Under the pieces are notes generated by a model. It was not told the origin of the DNA, ran no database searches, and was given only the letters and a program-made list of their open reading frames with translations. Made by a program: the position numbers and the translations under genes. From Anaeromyxobacteraceae bacterium (GTDB taxonomy: Bacteria; Myxococcota; Myxococcia; Myxococcales; Anaeromyxobacteraceae): a stretch of 64,000 nucleotides of DNA. How positions within the stretch are numbered: position 1 is the first letter of the stretch; each line of letters starts with the position of its first letter. Positions 1-9,647 of this stretch are shown piece after piece. The stretch is taken from NCBI GenBank assembly GCA_032654565.1, contig JAULAX010000015.1, positions 256,001-320,000 of the forward strand, in the 5' to 3' direction.

Positions 1-1208
1 GTCTCGCCGACCCGGGCGCGGATCTGCGTGATGAGGGCGGCGGAGCGCGTGTACGGGCCGCTGGTGTACTTGGCCAGCCCGGCGAGCGACGGATCCACGA
101 TGGCGTCCCACGTGTTGAAGGCGAAGGAGGAGGCCAGCAGCCGGCCCCGGCCTTCCCGGTCGCTCCTGGCCCGGTCCGCCTCGGCGGCCAGCAGGGTCGC
201 CATCCCCTCCTTGACCCAGACGTCGTCGTAGCCGTGCATCGTCACGTAGTCGCCGAACCAGTGGTGCGCCAGCTCGTGGGTGTTCACCTCGATGCTGAAG
301 AGCGGGTCCTGCCCGAAGTCCTCCGACTCGATGGTGATGGTGGCGTTCTCCATCCCCCACCCGGGCATGGGCTGGAGCACCACCGCGTAGCGGGAGAACG
401 GGTATGGCCCGAGCAGCGCCTCGAAGGTGGCCATGGCTCCGGCCACCACGTCGAGGGTCAGGGCCGGATCGATGGCCAGGCCGCGGCGGTACCAGAGGGC
501 GAGCGGCACGCTGCTGCCCGTCGGCCGGTCGACGTGCTCGAGCTGTCCGGCGGCGAACGCCATCAGGTAGGTGGCGATGGGCACGTCGAGCGCGTAGGCC
601 ACCCGGCGACCCTCGGGGACCACCGAGTCCGAGATGCGCTCGCCGTTGGCCACCACGTCCTCGTCGGCGGCCACGGTCAGGACGACCGAGAACAGGGCGG
701 GATCGCTCGGGTCGTCCTTCTGCACCAGCCACTCGTGGCCGCGGTTGGGCTCAGAGTCGGTGAAGACGATGCGGGACCGGACCGGGTCCCTGGCCGTGGA
801 GTTGGTGGACCAGAGCGAACTGGCCGTGGACGAGGACACCGTGTAGTCGACCGTGAAGGTGACCGGGGAGGTCCCGGGCGCGAGCGGCCCCAGGTCCACC
901 CGGAGCGTGGCGCCGCTGGCCGCCCAGGCCAGCGGCTGGCTCCCGGCGCGGACCGCGGTCACCTGCATGGTGGCGTCGAGCTCCACCACCGGGCCGGCGC
1001 CGGCTTGCAGCGCCAGCGTGATGGCCTCGGAGGCGATGAGCCTGGAGGTGGCCCAGTCGTAGCGGCCGGAGAGCGCGTAGGCGATGGCGTCGTAGCTGCG
1101 GGTGCCGGCGCAGCCGGGCAGGCACGACACCGGCCCGGGGTCGGACTTCTTGCCGGAGCAGCCGGCCAGCATCATCGAGAGCGCAGCCACCACGAGCACC
1201 TGACGCAT
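1..1208 (-). CDS. M1 family zinc aminopeptidase, lipoprotein (runs off the window start; absent from the ORF track)
   Basis: Manual translation from ATG at 1208: MRQVLVVAALSMMLAGC lipobox, GMEN exopeptidase motif, HELAHHWFGDYVT...WVKEG (HExxH-x18-E). Confidence 0.9.
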   Translation of the reverse strand, partial: MRQVLVVAALSMMLAGCSGKKSDPGPVSCLPGCAGTRSYDAIAYALSGRYDWATSRLIASEAITLALQAGAGPVVELDATMQVTAVRAGSQPLAWAASGATLRVDLGPLAPGTSPVTFTVDYTVSSSTASSLWSTNSTARDPVRSRIVFTDSEPNRGHEWLVQKDDPSDPALFSVVLTVAADEDVVANGERISDSVVPEGRRVAYALDVPIATYLMAFAAGQLEHVDRPTGSSVPLALWYRRGLAIDPALTLDVVAGAMATFEALLGPYPFSRYAVVLQPMPGWGMENATITIESEDFGQDPLFSIEVNTHELAHHWFGDYVTMHGYDDVWVKEGMATLLAAEADRARSDREGRGRLLASSFAFNTWDAIVDPSLAGLAKYTSGPYTRSAALITQIRARVGE

Positions 1209-1404
1209 CCGCCGCCTCCCCAGGTTCAGACCGATCGGTCAAGAAGGGTAGAACACCGCAGCCACCGGCCTGTTGACGAGCAGCCCGGTGCGGTTCGGTC
1301 CTCCTGCTTCAGTAGGACGCACTGTGCGCGTCCGGTCGTCGCGTGGCAACGGGGAGCGCCATGGCCCTTGGTGCTCCCCCCTGGTCGGCCGCAGCGCGGT
1401 CAGG

Positions 1405-1536
1405 AGACCCCGCGAGACGTTGCCGTCTGGCGGGGGCCGGGATGTCGGACCAGTTGAAAGTGCCCGGACCCGAAGTCGAACCAGGGGCACGGGGATCTTC
1501 AGGCCTGGAGACGCGGTGGCCGAGACCGCGGAATCC
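1405..1536 (-). repeat. Degenerate att-like copy: tRNA-Phe 3' half, terminator hairpin and flanking arm
   Basis: GATGTCGGACCAGTTGAAAGTGCCCGGACCCGAAGTCGAACCAGGGGCACGGGGATCTTCAGGCCTGG aligns with the copies at 7842-7972 and 16963-17059. Confidence 0.85.
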
Positions 1537-1767
1537 CAAGGGGGACCCGGTGACCGCGGCGGGGGGGCAACACCATTGTAACGTCCGGACCGGCCGCAAT
1601 GTCCCCGCTGCTCGTCCGCACTGGCCCGGTCGGTCTGGGCCGTGGGGGCAGGCCAGGCGACGGCCCGGCGCGGACCGGCGTGACCGACCGATGAAGGGTG
1701 TGGGTGGCTTGCCTGCCTGGGCGCCGGCGCCCATCATGCAGGCCCCATCCTCCTGGAAGGTGCAGCC

Positions 1768-4700
1768 ATGTCGCTCCGCTCCGGTCTGCTCGCCCTCGGC
1801 GTCGTCCCGGTCCTCCTGGCGGCCTGCGGAGGAGGTGGCAGCCCGGTCCCGGTCTGCGGAGATGGCATCAAGGCCATCGCGGAGGCCTGCGACGACGGCA
1901 ACACCACGAACGGGGACGGCTGCTCCGCGACCTGCACCATCTCCGCCGGTTACACCTGCGCAGGCTCGCCCAGCGTCTGCGCCACCACCTGCGGCGATGG
2001 CATCAAGGCCGGTGCCGAGGCCTGCGACGACGGGAACACCACCACCGGCGACGGTTGCTCGAGCGCGTGCACGGTGGAGGTCGCCTTCGCGCCCCCGATC
2101 GACCCGACCGTGGCCACCGACATCTTCGCGAGCACCGCCTTTCTTCATACCGGCGTGAATCCGATCCAGGCTGGCGTCACCGCCGGTACCATCGACCCGC
2201 GCCGCGTCTCGGTGCTGCGCGGCAAGGTGCTGAATCGAGACGACAGCGTCCTGCCCGGCGCCGTGGTGAGCGTGCTCGGCCACCCGGAGCTGGGGAGCAC
2301 GATCAGCCGCGCCGACGGCATGTTCGACCTCGCGGTCAACGGCGGCGGCGAGCTCACCTTGCGTTACGAGAAGGCCGGCTTCCTCGCCGTCCAGCGCGCC
2401 GTCGTCGCGCCCTGGCGCGACTACGCCTGGATGCCCGACGTGGTGATGGTGCCGCTCGACACCGCGGTGACCACCGTCACCCTCGGCGCGGCGACGCTGC
2501 AGGTGGCGCGAGGGAGCAGCGTGAGCGACTCCGACGGCACCAGGCGGGCCACGGTGCTGGTCCCACCGGGCACGACAGCCAGCCTCGTGCTGCCGGACGG
2601 CACCAGCCGACCCCTGAGCACCATCTCCGTTCGCGCCACCGAGTTCACGGTGGGGAAGAGCGGGCCGAGGGCCATGCCCGCGTCACTTCCCCCGAGCAGC
2701 GGCTACACCTACGCCGCCGAGCTCAGCGTCGACGAGGCGATCAGCGCCGGCGCCGTCGAGGTGCGCTTCAGCCAGCCGCTGCCAGTCTACGTCGAGAACT
2801 TCCTCGGCTTCCCCGTCGGAGGCGCGGTGCCCTCCGGCTCCTACGACCGGCAGCAGGGGCGATGGAGGGCGTCGGCCGACGGTCGCGTGATCAAGCTGCT
2901 CGGCGTCACCGGCGGCCTGGCGGACCTCGACGTCAGCGGCGGCGACACGGCCGCCAGCCCCGCTGCCCTGGCGTCGCTGGGCATCATCGACCAGGAGCGC
3001 GCCCGCCTGGCCCTCCTCTACGCGCCCGGGCAGAGCATCTGGCGCGTGCCCGTGACGCACTTCACGCCGTGGGACTTCAACTGGCCCTTCGGCCCCCCGG
3101 CCGGCGCAGCCTCGCCGCCCTCGCCCGAGGACGGCAGTCCGATCGTGGATGACCCGGGTCAGGAGTGCGGCTCGGTGATCGGCTGCGAGGATCAGACCCT
3201 GGGCGAGTCGGTCCCCGTGACCGGGACCCCGTGGCGCCTGCACTACCAGAGCGACCGGGTCCCTGGGCGCACCGCCGAGCGCGAGCTCCTCGTCGTGCTC
3301 AGCGGCGCGGCGCCGCTGCCCGCCGGGCTCAAGCGCATCGAGCTCGAGATCTCCGTGGCAGGACGGCGGTTCTCGCAGGCCTTCGCGGCCACGCCGGGCC
3401 AGTCCTACCGGTTCACCTGGGACGGCCAGGACGCCTATGGTCGAGCGCTCCAGGGATCGCAGCTTGCCGCGGTCACCGTTGGCTATGTCTACGGCGGGGT
3501 CTACCTGCAACCATCGGAGAAGCCCGGTGACGGTTACGATTCCTTGTTCGGTCACTGGTCATACTTCGGGGCACCCGTCTCGGCGAACCTGGAGAGAGCG
3601 GAGGTCACGCTCCTGCGGCGCTGGACCGCGTCGGTGGGGGCGTGGGATGGGCGTGGTCTCGGGCTGGGCGGCTGGAGCCTGGGCCTTCACCACGCCTACG
3701 ACCCGATGGCCCGCAGGCTGTACCTCGGAGATGGCCGGCAGCGCCGCGCCGAGGCACGCGCCGCCCAGACCGTCGTCGTGACGGTCGCCGGCAACGGCGT
3801 GCAGGACTTCAGCGGCGACCAGGGACCGGCGACGAAGGCGAGCCTGAACAACGTGCGGGGTGTCGCCGCGAGCCCCGACGGCAGCCTGTACCTCGCGGAC
3901 ACCGGAAACCAACGGATCCGCCGCGTCGCGCCGGACGGGGTGATCACCACCGTGGCGGGTACCGGCGTCTTCGGTTTCAGCGGCGACGGAGGACCGGCCA
4001 CGGCGGCGCAGCTGTTCGACCCGCAGGCGGTCGCCGTGGGCTCCGACGGCAGCCTGTACATCGCGGACTACGACAACCACCGCATTCGTCGCGTCGGGCC
4101 GGACGGCATCATCTCCACCGTGGCGGGCACCGGCGTCGGCGGCTTCGGCGGCGATGGTGGGGCGGCGGCGGGGGCACGGCTGAATGGACCTTCCGGTGTG
4201 GCGGTTCGAGCGGATGGCACCCTGTTCATCGCGGACAGCGGCAATCATCGCATCCGCAGGGTCTGGACGGACGGCACCATGAGCACCGTGACGGGCGACG
4301 GCTTCTTCCAGTCTACCGGTGACGGGGGTCCGGCCGGATCGGCACAGGTGGCAGCCCCGACGGACGTTGCCCTGGGGCCGGACGGTTCCCTCTTCATCGC
4401 GGAGTACGGTGGGTCGCGCATCCGTCAGGTCCGGCCGGACGGCATCATCTCCACCGTGGCAGGCACTGGCGTGGAGGGCTTTGGAGGCGACGGAGGCCCG
4501 GCGACGGAGGCCCGGCTGGCCCGGCCCGCCGCCATTGCGGTGGGGCCGGACGGCAGCCTGTACGTCGCCGACCGCATCAACCTCCGGGTTCGCCGGGTCG
4601 GGATCGGCGGCAGCATCCGCACCATCGCCGGCAACGGGACCCCGGGCTACAGCGGCGACGGCGGGCCCGCCACGGCCGCGCAGCTGGCGGACCCCACGGG

Positions 4701-7700
4701 TCTCTCCGTGGGTCCGGATGGCAACATCTACATCGCGGACAACACCAACCGGCGCATCGCCAGGATCCAGTCGGCCCACGCCGGCTATGGCGGCACGGAG
4801 CTCCTCTTCCCCTCGGAGGATGGCCGAGAGCTCTACGTGTTCAACAGCGTCGGGCGCCACCTCAGGACCATGGACGCGCTGACCGGGGCCTTGCGCCACG
4901 CCTTCAGCTACGGGCCAGCGGGCTACCTGGTGTCGGTCGCCGACGGCAGCGGAAACCTGACGACCATCGAGCGTTCGGGCGCGGTGGCCACGGCCATCGT
5001 GGCGCCGGGGGGGCAGCGCACCGCGCTCACGGTCGACGCGAGGGGCTGGCTGGAGGGCGTGGCCAACCCCGCCGGCGAGACGCACGTGATGAGCCATTCC
5101 TCCGGCGGGCTGCTGCAGACCTTCACCGATCCCCGGGGCAGCCTCCACCGCTTCACCTACGACACCGTGGGGCGTCTCGTCGAGGATCACGATCCGCTCC
5201 TCGGCAGCACCACGCTCGTCCGCACGGAGCAGGGCAGCGGCTACACGGTCACGACCACGTCGACGCTCGGCCGGGCCCACCTCTACCAGGTGGAGCGGCT
5301 GCCCGCGGGGGCCGTGCGCCGCGCGTTCACCGGCGCGAGCGGCGCCACGAGCACCCGCCTTTCCGGCTCGGACGGGAGCGAGCAGCGCACCTCCGCGGAC
5401 GGCACCACCACCAGCCTGATCTACCGGCCCGATCCCCGGTTTGGGATGCTGGCGCCCATCGCGGCCAGCGTGATCGAGCAGAGGCCCAGCGGCCTCAGGC
5501 GCACGGTGACCGCCACGCGCAGCGCCGCGCTCGCAAATGCCGGCGATCCGCTGAGCCTGACCAGGCTCGTCGAGACCATCAACGACAACGGCGCCGTGAG
5601 CAGCTGGGCCTACAGCCATGACGGCGTCACGCGCAGCATCACCCACACTTCGGCGGCTGGACGGGGCAGCGTGGTGACGCTGGACGAGCTGGGGCGGGCG
5701 ATCGAGGTCCGGGTGCCAGGGCTGGATCCGGCGAGCTTCACCTACGACGCTCGCGGGCTGCTCAGCACCGTCACCGAGGGCACCGGCGGCGGCAACCGCA
5801 CCTCCAGCCTCTCCTACAACGGGAAGCACGAGCTCGTCGGAGCCAGCGATCCGCTCCTTCGCACCGTCGGCATGTCCTACGACGCCGCCGGACGGGTGGT
5901 GGCCCTGACCCTGCCCGGCGCGCGCGCCGTGGCCTTCGGCTACGACGCGGCCGGCAACGTCACCGCCGTCACGCCACCCGGGCGCACGGCGCACGCCTTC
6001 GACTACAGCTCGCTCGACCAGGTCGCCAGCTACACGCCGCCCGGCGGCACCGCCACACGGTACGGCTACGACCCGGACGGCGCCCTGACCACGGTGACCG
6101 TTCCAGGCGTCCGCGCCCTGACCGTCGCGTACGACGGGGCCGGGCGGGCCAGCACGCTGGCCATGGCGCGCGGGTCGATCGGCTACACCTTCGACGGCAC
6201 CTCTGGCCAGTTGACCGGGGTCACCGCGCCCGGCGGGCTGGGGCTGGTCTACGCCTACGACGGTGACCTGCTTACGAGCGTCACCTGGAGCGGCGCCGTG
6301 GCCGGCAGCGCGGGCTACACGTACGACAGCGACCTGCGCGTCACCGAGGAGCGCATCAACTCGGCCAACGGCATCGGCTTCACCTACGACGCCGACGGCC
6401 TGCTCACGGCGGCGGGGGGCCTGGTCCTGGCCCACGACGCGACCAGCGGACTGCTCACGGGCAGCACGCTGGGCGGCGTCACGGACACCCTGGCTTACAG
6501 CAGCCTGGGCGAGCCGACGAGCTACGTTGCCAGGCACTCCACCACCGACGTCTTTGGCGCCGCCTACACCCGGGACGCCCTTGGCCGCGTCACGCGGCTC
6601 GTGGAGACCGTCCTCGGTGCGACCACCACCTACGACTTCGGCTACGCCGCCGCCGGCTTCCTCAATACCGTCACCAGGGACGCGGTGGCCGTCGGGAGCT
6701 ACTCCTACGACGCCAATGGCAACCGCACCGCGGCCAACGGGGTGAGCGCGACCTACGACGCCCAGGATCGGCTGACGACCCTCGGCGGCACCAGCTACAG
6801 CTACACGGCTGGCGGCGAGCTGCTCGGCAAGGTCACCGGCATCCAGACCACCACCTACCAGTACGACGAGCTCGGCAACTTGCTGCAGGTCACGCTGCCA
6901 GACGGCACGGTCATCGAGTACCTGATCGACGGCGCGCACCGCCGTGTCGGCAGGAAGGTGAACGGCGCCCTGGTCCAAGGCTTCCTCTACCAGGACGCGT
7001 TACGTCCCGTGGTCGAGCTGGACGGAGGCGGGGCCGTGGTCAGCCGCTTCGTCTACGCCACCCACGCCAACGTGCCCGACTACCTGGTGAAGGGGGGCGC
7101 GACCTACCGGATCATCACCGATCACCTCGGGAGCCCGAGGGTGGTGATCGACGTGGCCAGTGGCACGGTGGCCCAGCGGCTCGACTACGATGCGTTCGGG
7201 CGGGTGCTGGGCGACAGCAACCCGGGCTTCCAGCCATTTGGCTTCGGGGGCGGGCTGTACGACCGGGATACCAGGCTGGTGCGCTTCGGTGCGCGCGACT
7301 ACGACGCCGAGACTGGGCGGTGGACGGCGAAGGACCCGCTGGGCTTCATGGCCGGCGACGCCAATCTCTACGCCTACGTCGGGAACGACCCGATGAACCG
7401 GATCGATCCCTCCGGACTCGCCGAGGTCTGCGCGACGGACCGACACGTCAGGCCCGGCGACACGCTCTTCATCAGTACCCATGGCTTCCGTCCCCTCTCC
7501 CAGCCACGCCTCGGCTCGGCACCGATCGGCTACGTCGCCCACGGGACTCCAGTCATCTTCCGTGGGTTCGCTCCGAACGACAGTCGGTTGGTCCAGATCG
7601 AGGTGAATGGGCAGGGCGGTTACGTGCTCCGAGAATCCCTGTCGACCCGGAATTTCGAGACCGAGGTCCTGCCCGGGCTGCCTTTGGTTGGCAAGCCGAT

Positions 7701-7746
7701 GAGCGCCCAGGCGTTCCCTTCCTCTGGCGCCGGCACCAAGGGATAG
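1768..7746 (+). CDS. Teneurin-like YD/RHS-repeat lipoprotein (Cys-rich repeats, NHL propeller, YD shell, RHS core, SH3-like C-terminus)
   Basis: Lipobox LLAAC, CGDG..EACDDGN Myxococcus-type Cys repeats, many GDGGPA/YIAD NHL repeats, YD repeats, RHS core FGARDYD...DPSGL, then ~108 aa tail. Confidence 0.9.
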   Translation: MSLRSGLLALGVVPVLLAACGGGGSPVPVCGDGIKAIAEACDDGNTTNGDGCSATCTISAGYTCAGSPSVCATTCGDGIKAGAEACDDGNTTTGDGCSSACTVEVAFAPPIDPTVATDIFASTAFLHTGVNPIQAGVTAGTIDPRRVSVLRGKVLNRDDSVLPGAVVSVLGHPELGSTISRADGMFDLAVNGGGELTLRYEKAGFLAVQRAVVAPWRDYAWMPDVVMVPLDTAVTTVTLGAATLQVARGSSVSDSDGTRRATVLVPPGTTASLVLPDGTSRPLSTISVRATEFTVGKSGPRAMPASLPPSSGYTYAAELSVDEAISAGAVEVRFSQPLPVYVENFLGFPVGGAVPSGSYDRQQGRWRASADGRVIKLLGVTGGLADLDVSGGDTAASPAALASLGIIDQERARLALLYAPGQSIWRVPVTHFTPWDFNWPFGPPAGAASPPSPEDGSPIVDDPGQECGSVIGCEDQTLGESVPVTGTPWRLHYQSDRVPGRTAERELLVVLSGAAPLPAGLKRIELEISVAGRRFSQAFAATPGQSYRFTWDGQDAYGRALQGSQLAAVTVGYVYGGVYLQPSEKPGDGYDSLFGHWSYFGAPVSANLERAEVTLLRRWTASVGAWDGRGLGLGGWSLGLHHAYDPMARRLYLGDGRQRRAEARAAQTVVVTVAGNGVQDFSGDQGPATKASLNNVRGVAASPDGSLYLADTGNQRIRRVAPDGVITTVAGTGVFGFSGDGGPATAAQLFDPQAVAVGSDGSLYIADYDNHRIRRVGPDGIISTVAGTGVGGFGGDGGAAAGARLNGPSGVAVRADGTLFIADSGNHRIRRVWTDGTMSTVTGDGFFQSTGDGGPAGSAQVAAPTDVALGPDGSLFIAEYGGSRIRQVRPDGIISTVAGTGVEGFGGDGGPATEARLARPAAIAVGPDGSLYVADRINLRVRRVGIGGSIRTIAGNGTPGYSGDGGPATAAQLADPTGLSVGPDGNIYIADNTNRRIARIQSAHAGYGGTELLFPSEDGRELYVFNSVGRHLRTMDALTGALRHAFSYGPAGYLVSVADGSGNLTTIERSGAVATAIVAPGGQRTALTVDARGWLEGVANPAGETHVMSHSSGGLLQTFTDPRGSLHRFTYDTVGRLVEDHDPLLGSTTLVRTEQGSGYTVTTTSTLGRAHLYQVERLPAGAVRRAFTGASGATSTRLSGSDGSEQRTSADGTTTSLIYRPDPRFGMLAPIAASVIEQRPSGLRRTVTATRSAALANAGDPLSLTRLVETINDNGAVSSWAYSHDGVTRSITHTSAAGRGSVVTLDELGRAIEVRVPGLDPASFTYDARGLLSTVTEGTGGGNRTSSLSYNGKHELVGASDPLLRTVGMSYDAAGRVVALTLPGARAVAFGYDAAGNVTAVTPPGRTAHAFDYSSLDQVASYTPPGGTATRYGYDPDGALTTVTVPGVRALTVAYDGAGRASTLAMARGSIGYTFDGTSGQLTGVTAPGGLGLVYAYDGDLLTSVTWSGAVAGSAGYTYDSDLRVTEERINSANGIGFTYDADGLLTAAGGLVLAHDATSGLLTGSTLGGVTDTLAYSSLGEPTSYVARHSTTDVFGAAYTRDALGRVTRLVETVLGATTTYDFGYAAAGFLNTVTRDAVAVGSYSYDANGNRTAANGVSATYDAQDRLTTLGGTSYSYTAGGELLGKVTGIQTTTYQYDELGNLLQVTLPDGTVIEYLIDGAHRRVGRKVNGALVQGFLYQDALRPVVELDGGGAVVSRFVYATHANVPDYLVKGGATYRIITDHLGSPRVVIDVASGTVAQRLDYDAFGRVLGDSNPGFQPFGFGGGLYDRDTRLVRFGARDYDAETGRWTAKDPLGFMAGDANLYAYVGNDPMNRIDPSGLAEVCATDRHVRPGDTLFISTHGFRPLSQPRLGSAPIGYVAHGTPVIFRGFAPNDSRLVQIEVNGQGGYVLRESLSTRNFETEVLPGLPLVGKPMSAQAFPSSGAGTKG

Positions 7747-7841
7747 GGGCGAGGCGGTTCACGACTCGCCTGCACCGTGGCCCTACGTGGGCTCCGGGGC
7801 GCGGGTCAGCCGCCCTGATTCCGCATGCCCCCGAAGACTGA

Positions 7842-7938
7842 AGGCCCCGCGAGAACGTGCGTTCGCGCGGGGCCGAGATGTCGGACGAGATGAAAGTGCC
7901 TGGACCCGGAATCGAACCAGGGACACGGGGAGTTTCAG
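7842..7938 (-). repeat. att site: 97-bp direct repeat of the tRNA-Phe 3' half plus terminator
   Basis: Matches 16963-17059 at 95 of 97 positions by eye; identity stops in the anticodon loop region. Confidence 0.95.
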
Positions 7939-8139
7939 GCCTGGTAGGTACGTGGCCAAGGCCGCGGGATCCGCTGGAGAAGCGGCGTGCGAAGGCGGCG
8001 ACTGAAGCAGCATTGTGTCAGGAGGATGTGGGTACGGGAGCCTAGATTCATCGCTGCAACAAGACTCTGCTCGCCCGGCTCGACATGGAAGAGGAAGGCT
8101 TAGTCTGCCGTGAAGGTGCTGGCACACCCTCGTCGCTCA

Positions 8140-8442
8140 TCAGCCTTGAACGCCTATTACGCGGCGCAGCGAGGTCGAGACCACCACGGCAAGCGCGTCT
8201 TCCATCACTCCGTCATGAGCTGCGCTGCGTTCGACTCGGATGATCGCTATGTCGCCTGCTTCCCCTGAGGCCTCCTCGGAGCCGGGCAGAGCGCCACGTG
8301 CGGTCGCGGGTACCCCGGTGCTGACGGAGGCTCTGACGTCCGCATCTGGAAGCCTGCCGTCGGCTGTCCCTAGGGCGACTCTGTACTGGCTGCCAAGGTC
8401 GCGATCCACTATCTCTTGTAGCTCCGCTGCCGTCAGTTTCAT
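8140..8442 (-). CDS. Hypothetical protein, 100 aa
   Basis: ATG 15 nt after the stop of the C25-like gene, same strand. Confidence 0.65.
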   Translation of the reverse strand: MKLTAAELQEIVDRDLGSQYRVALGTADGRLPDADVRASVSTGVPATARGALPGSEEASGEAGDIAIIRVERSAAHDGVMEDALAVVVSTSLRRVIGVQG

Positions 8443-8457
8443 TTCCGCACCTGAGTG

Positions 8458-9570
8458 TCACCATCCGAGTCCAAGACACGTGTACTGCCTCACCAGCTTG
8501 TACTCAATTGCAGTACCGACGCCCGAAAGCCCGTGGGGCATCCCGGCTCGGTATATCTGCTTCGCCTTGTGTAGCGCTCGCGCCGGTGCCTCTCCGCTCA
8601 TGTGCTCCTTCCAAAATGCCTCGTGCAGCGGACCCCCAAAGTACTTGTATGGCGGAGCCGTCGGCGAGTAGTGGGTTCCGGTACACCCAACGAAGGCTCT
8701 GGCCCCACGCTCCAGGAAGGACATAGCCAAGGACTGCTTTGCAGCTCTCGCAGTCACAGGATAGTTCCTGGGTTGTCGCGCAGCGGCGTTTTCCGCGACC
8801 AGCGCGCCCCAGCAGCATCCAGCAAAGACGGTATCTGCGTACTCGCCTCCCAGGTTCGAGATGTTCATTGCCTCGGGCACCGACGGCTCACCCCAGAATC
8901 GAGTGCCATCAGCGTGTGCGCCGTGGAGCATCAAGTACACCCTTTGTGCGGACACCACTGGACGAGGAAGACCATTGTAGACAGTCGGGTGCGACTGCAA
9001 CATCGCGCCATTCTGCGAAAGGAGAGCGTACACAAAATCCGCAAACGGCCGCGCGATGTTGCGGATACCGTAGCTGCTCTGTCTCCTTGGATTCACTTGA
9101 GGACTAAGCGCGGCAGTCAGAAACTCTCCGCTTCCGCCGTCCGGTACTCGACTCACAGGCAGGTCCGGCCAACTGTCCCCATCTAGGTCCACATATGGTT
9201 CGTCGGACCAGACAACGAAGAGGTCGGCATCGCTGCCTATTTCATACGGCGTAAGCGTGGACCGCAGGCTGGCCGGCAGGCAGTCCATTCGAAAGGACGG
9301 CACAACGTCGTAACCACCGACAATCACGACGCCATCTACAGCCCCTCCGCTCTGTAGTCTCTTCACCACCTTCGACGCAGCGTCGCTAGGCGTTTGTGCT
9401 TCGTCGATGTCCACAACGCCTGCGGCCGCCAGTTCCGCCACGCGGTCCAGTACTCTGAACGTATGCTCGTCGCCCAGGCGTCGCTCTAACGCCTTCGCGC
9501 AAGTTACGAATAGGAGCTTATTGCCCATCTGCTTTCCATTCTCGCGTACAATGGCTTGCTCTTGCCGCAC
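8458..9570 (-). CDS. C25 (gingipain)/caspase-clan cysteine peptidase-like protein, no signal peptide
   Basis: VVIVGGYDVVP, SDEPYVDLDGD..PDLPVSRVP, LMLHG (catalytic His), FAGCCWG (catalytic Cys), FLERGARAFVG. Start uncertain. Confidence 0.7.
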   Translation of the reverse strand: MRQEQAIVRENGKQMGNKLLFVTCAKALERRLGDEHTFRVLDRVAELAAAGVVDIDEAQTPSDAASKVVKRLQSGGAVDGVVIVGGYDVVPSFRMDCLPASLRSTLTPYEIGSDADLFVVWSDEPYVDLDGDSWPDLPVSRVPDGGSGEFLTAALSPQVNPRRQSSYGIRNIARPFADFVYALLSQNGAMLQSHPTVYNGLPRPVVSAQRVYLMLHGAHADGTRFWGEPSVPEAMNISNLGGEYADTVFAGCCWGALVAENAAARQPRNYPVTARAAKQSLAMSFLERGARAFVGCTGTHYSPTAPPYKYFGGPLHEAFWKEHMSGEAPARALHKAKQIYRAGMPHGLSGVGTAIEYKLVRQYTCLGLGW

Positions 9571-9647
9571 CTGGCCCGCTCCAGATGCTCAATCCCGCTC
9601 AGCCGAATCGCCGCTACTCGACCATAGACCGCCGACCGACTGATTCG

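Larger units (their letters stand above)
1461..7938. mobile_element. Integrase-less att-bounded module carrying a single YD/RHS gene
   Basis: Bounded by two tRNA-Phe-derived direct repeats; contains only the 1992-aa gene. Confidence 0.6.

Noticed and set aside
3559..6978. 1139-aa antisense ORF and similar long antisense ORFs across the window
   Set aside because: Mirror frames of GC-rich genes with no recognisable motifs.
7897..7938. Second tRNA-Phe gene (also 1461-1502)
   Set aside because: Only the 3' half is present; no 5' acceptor strand or D arm.
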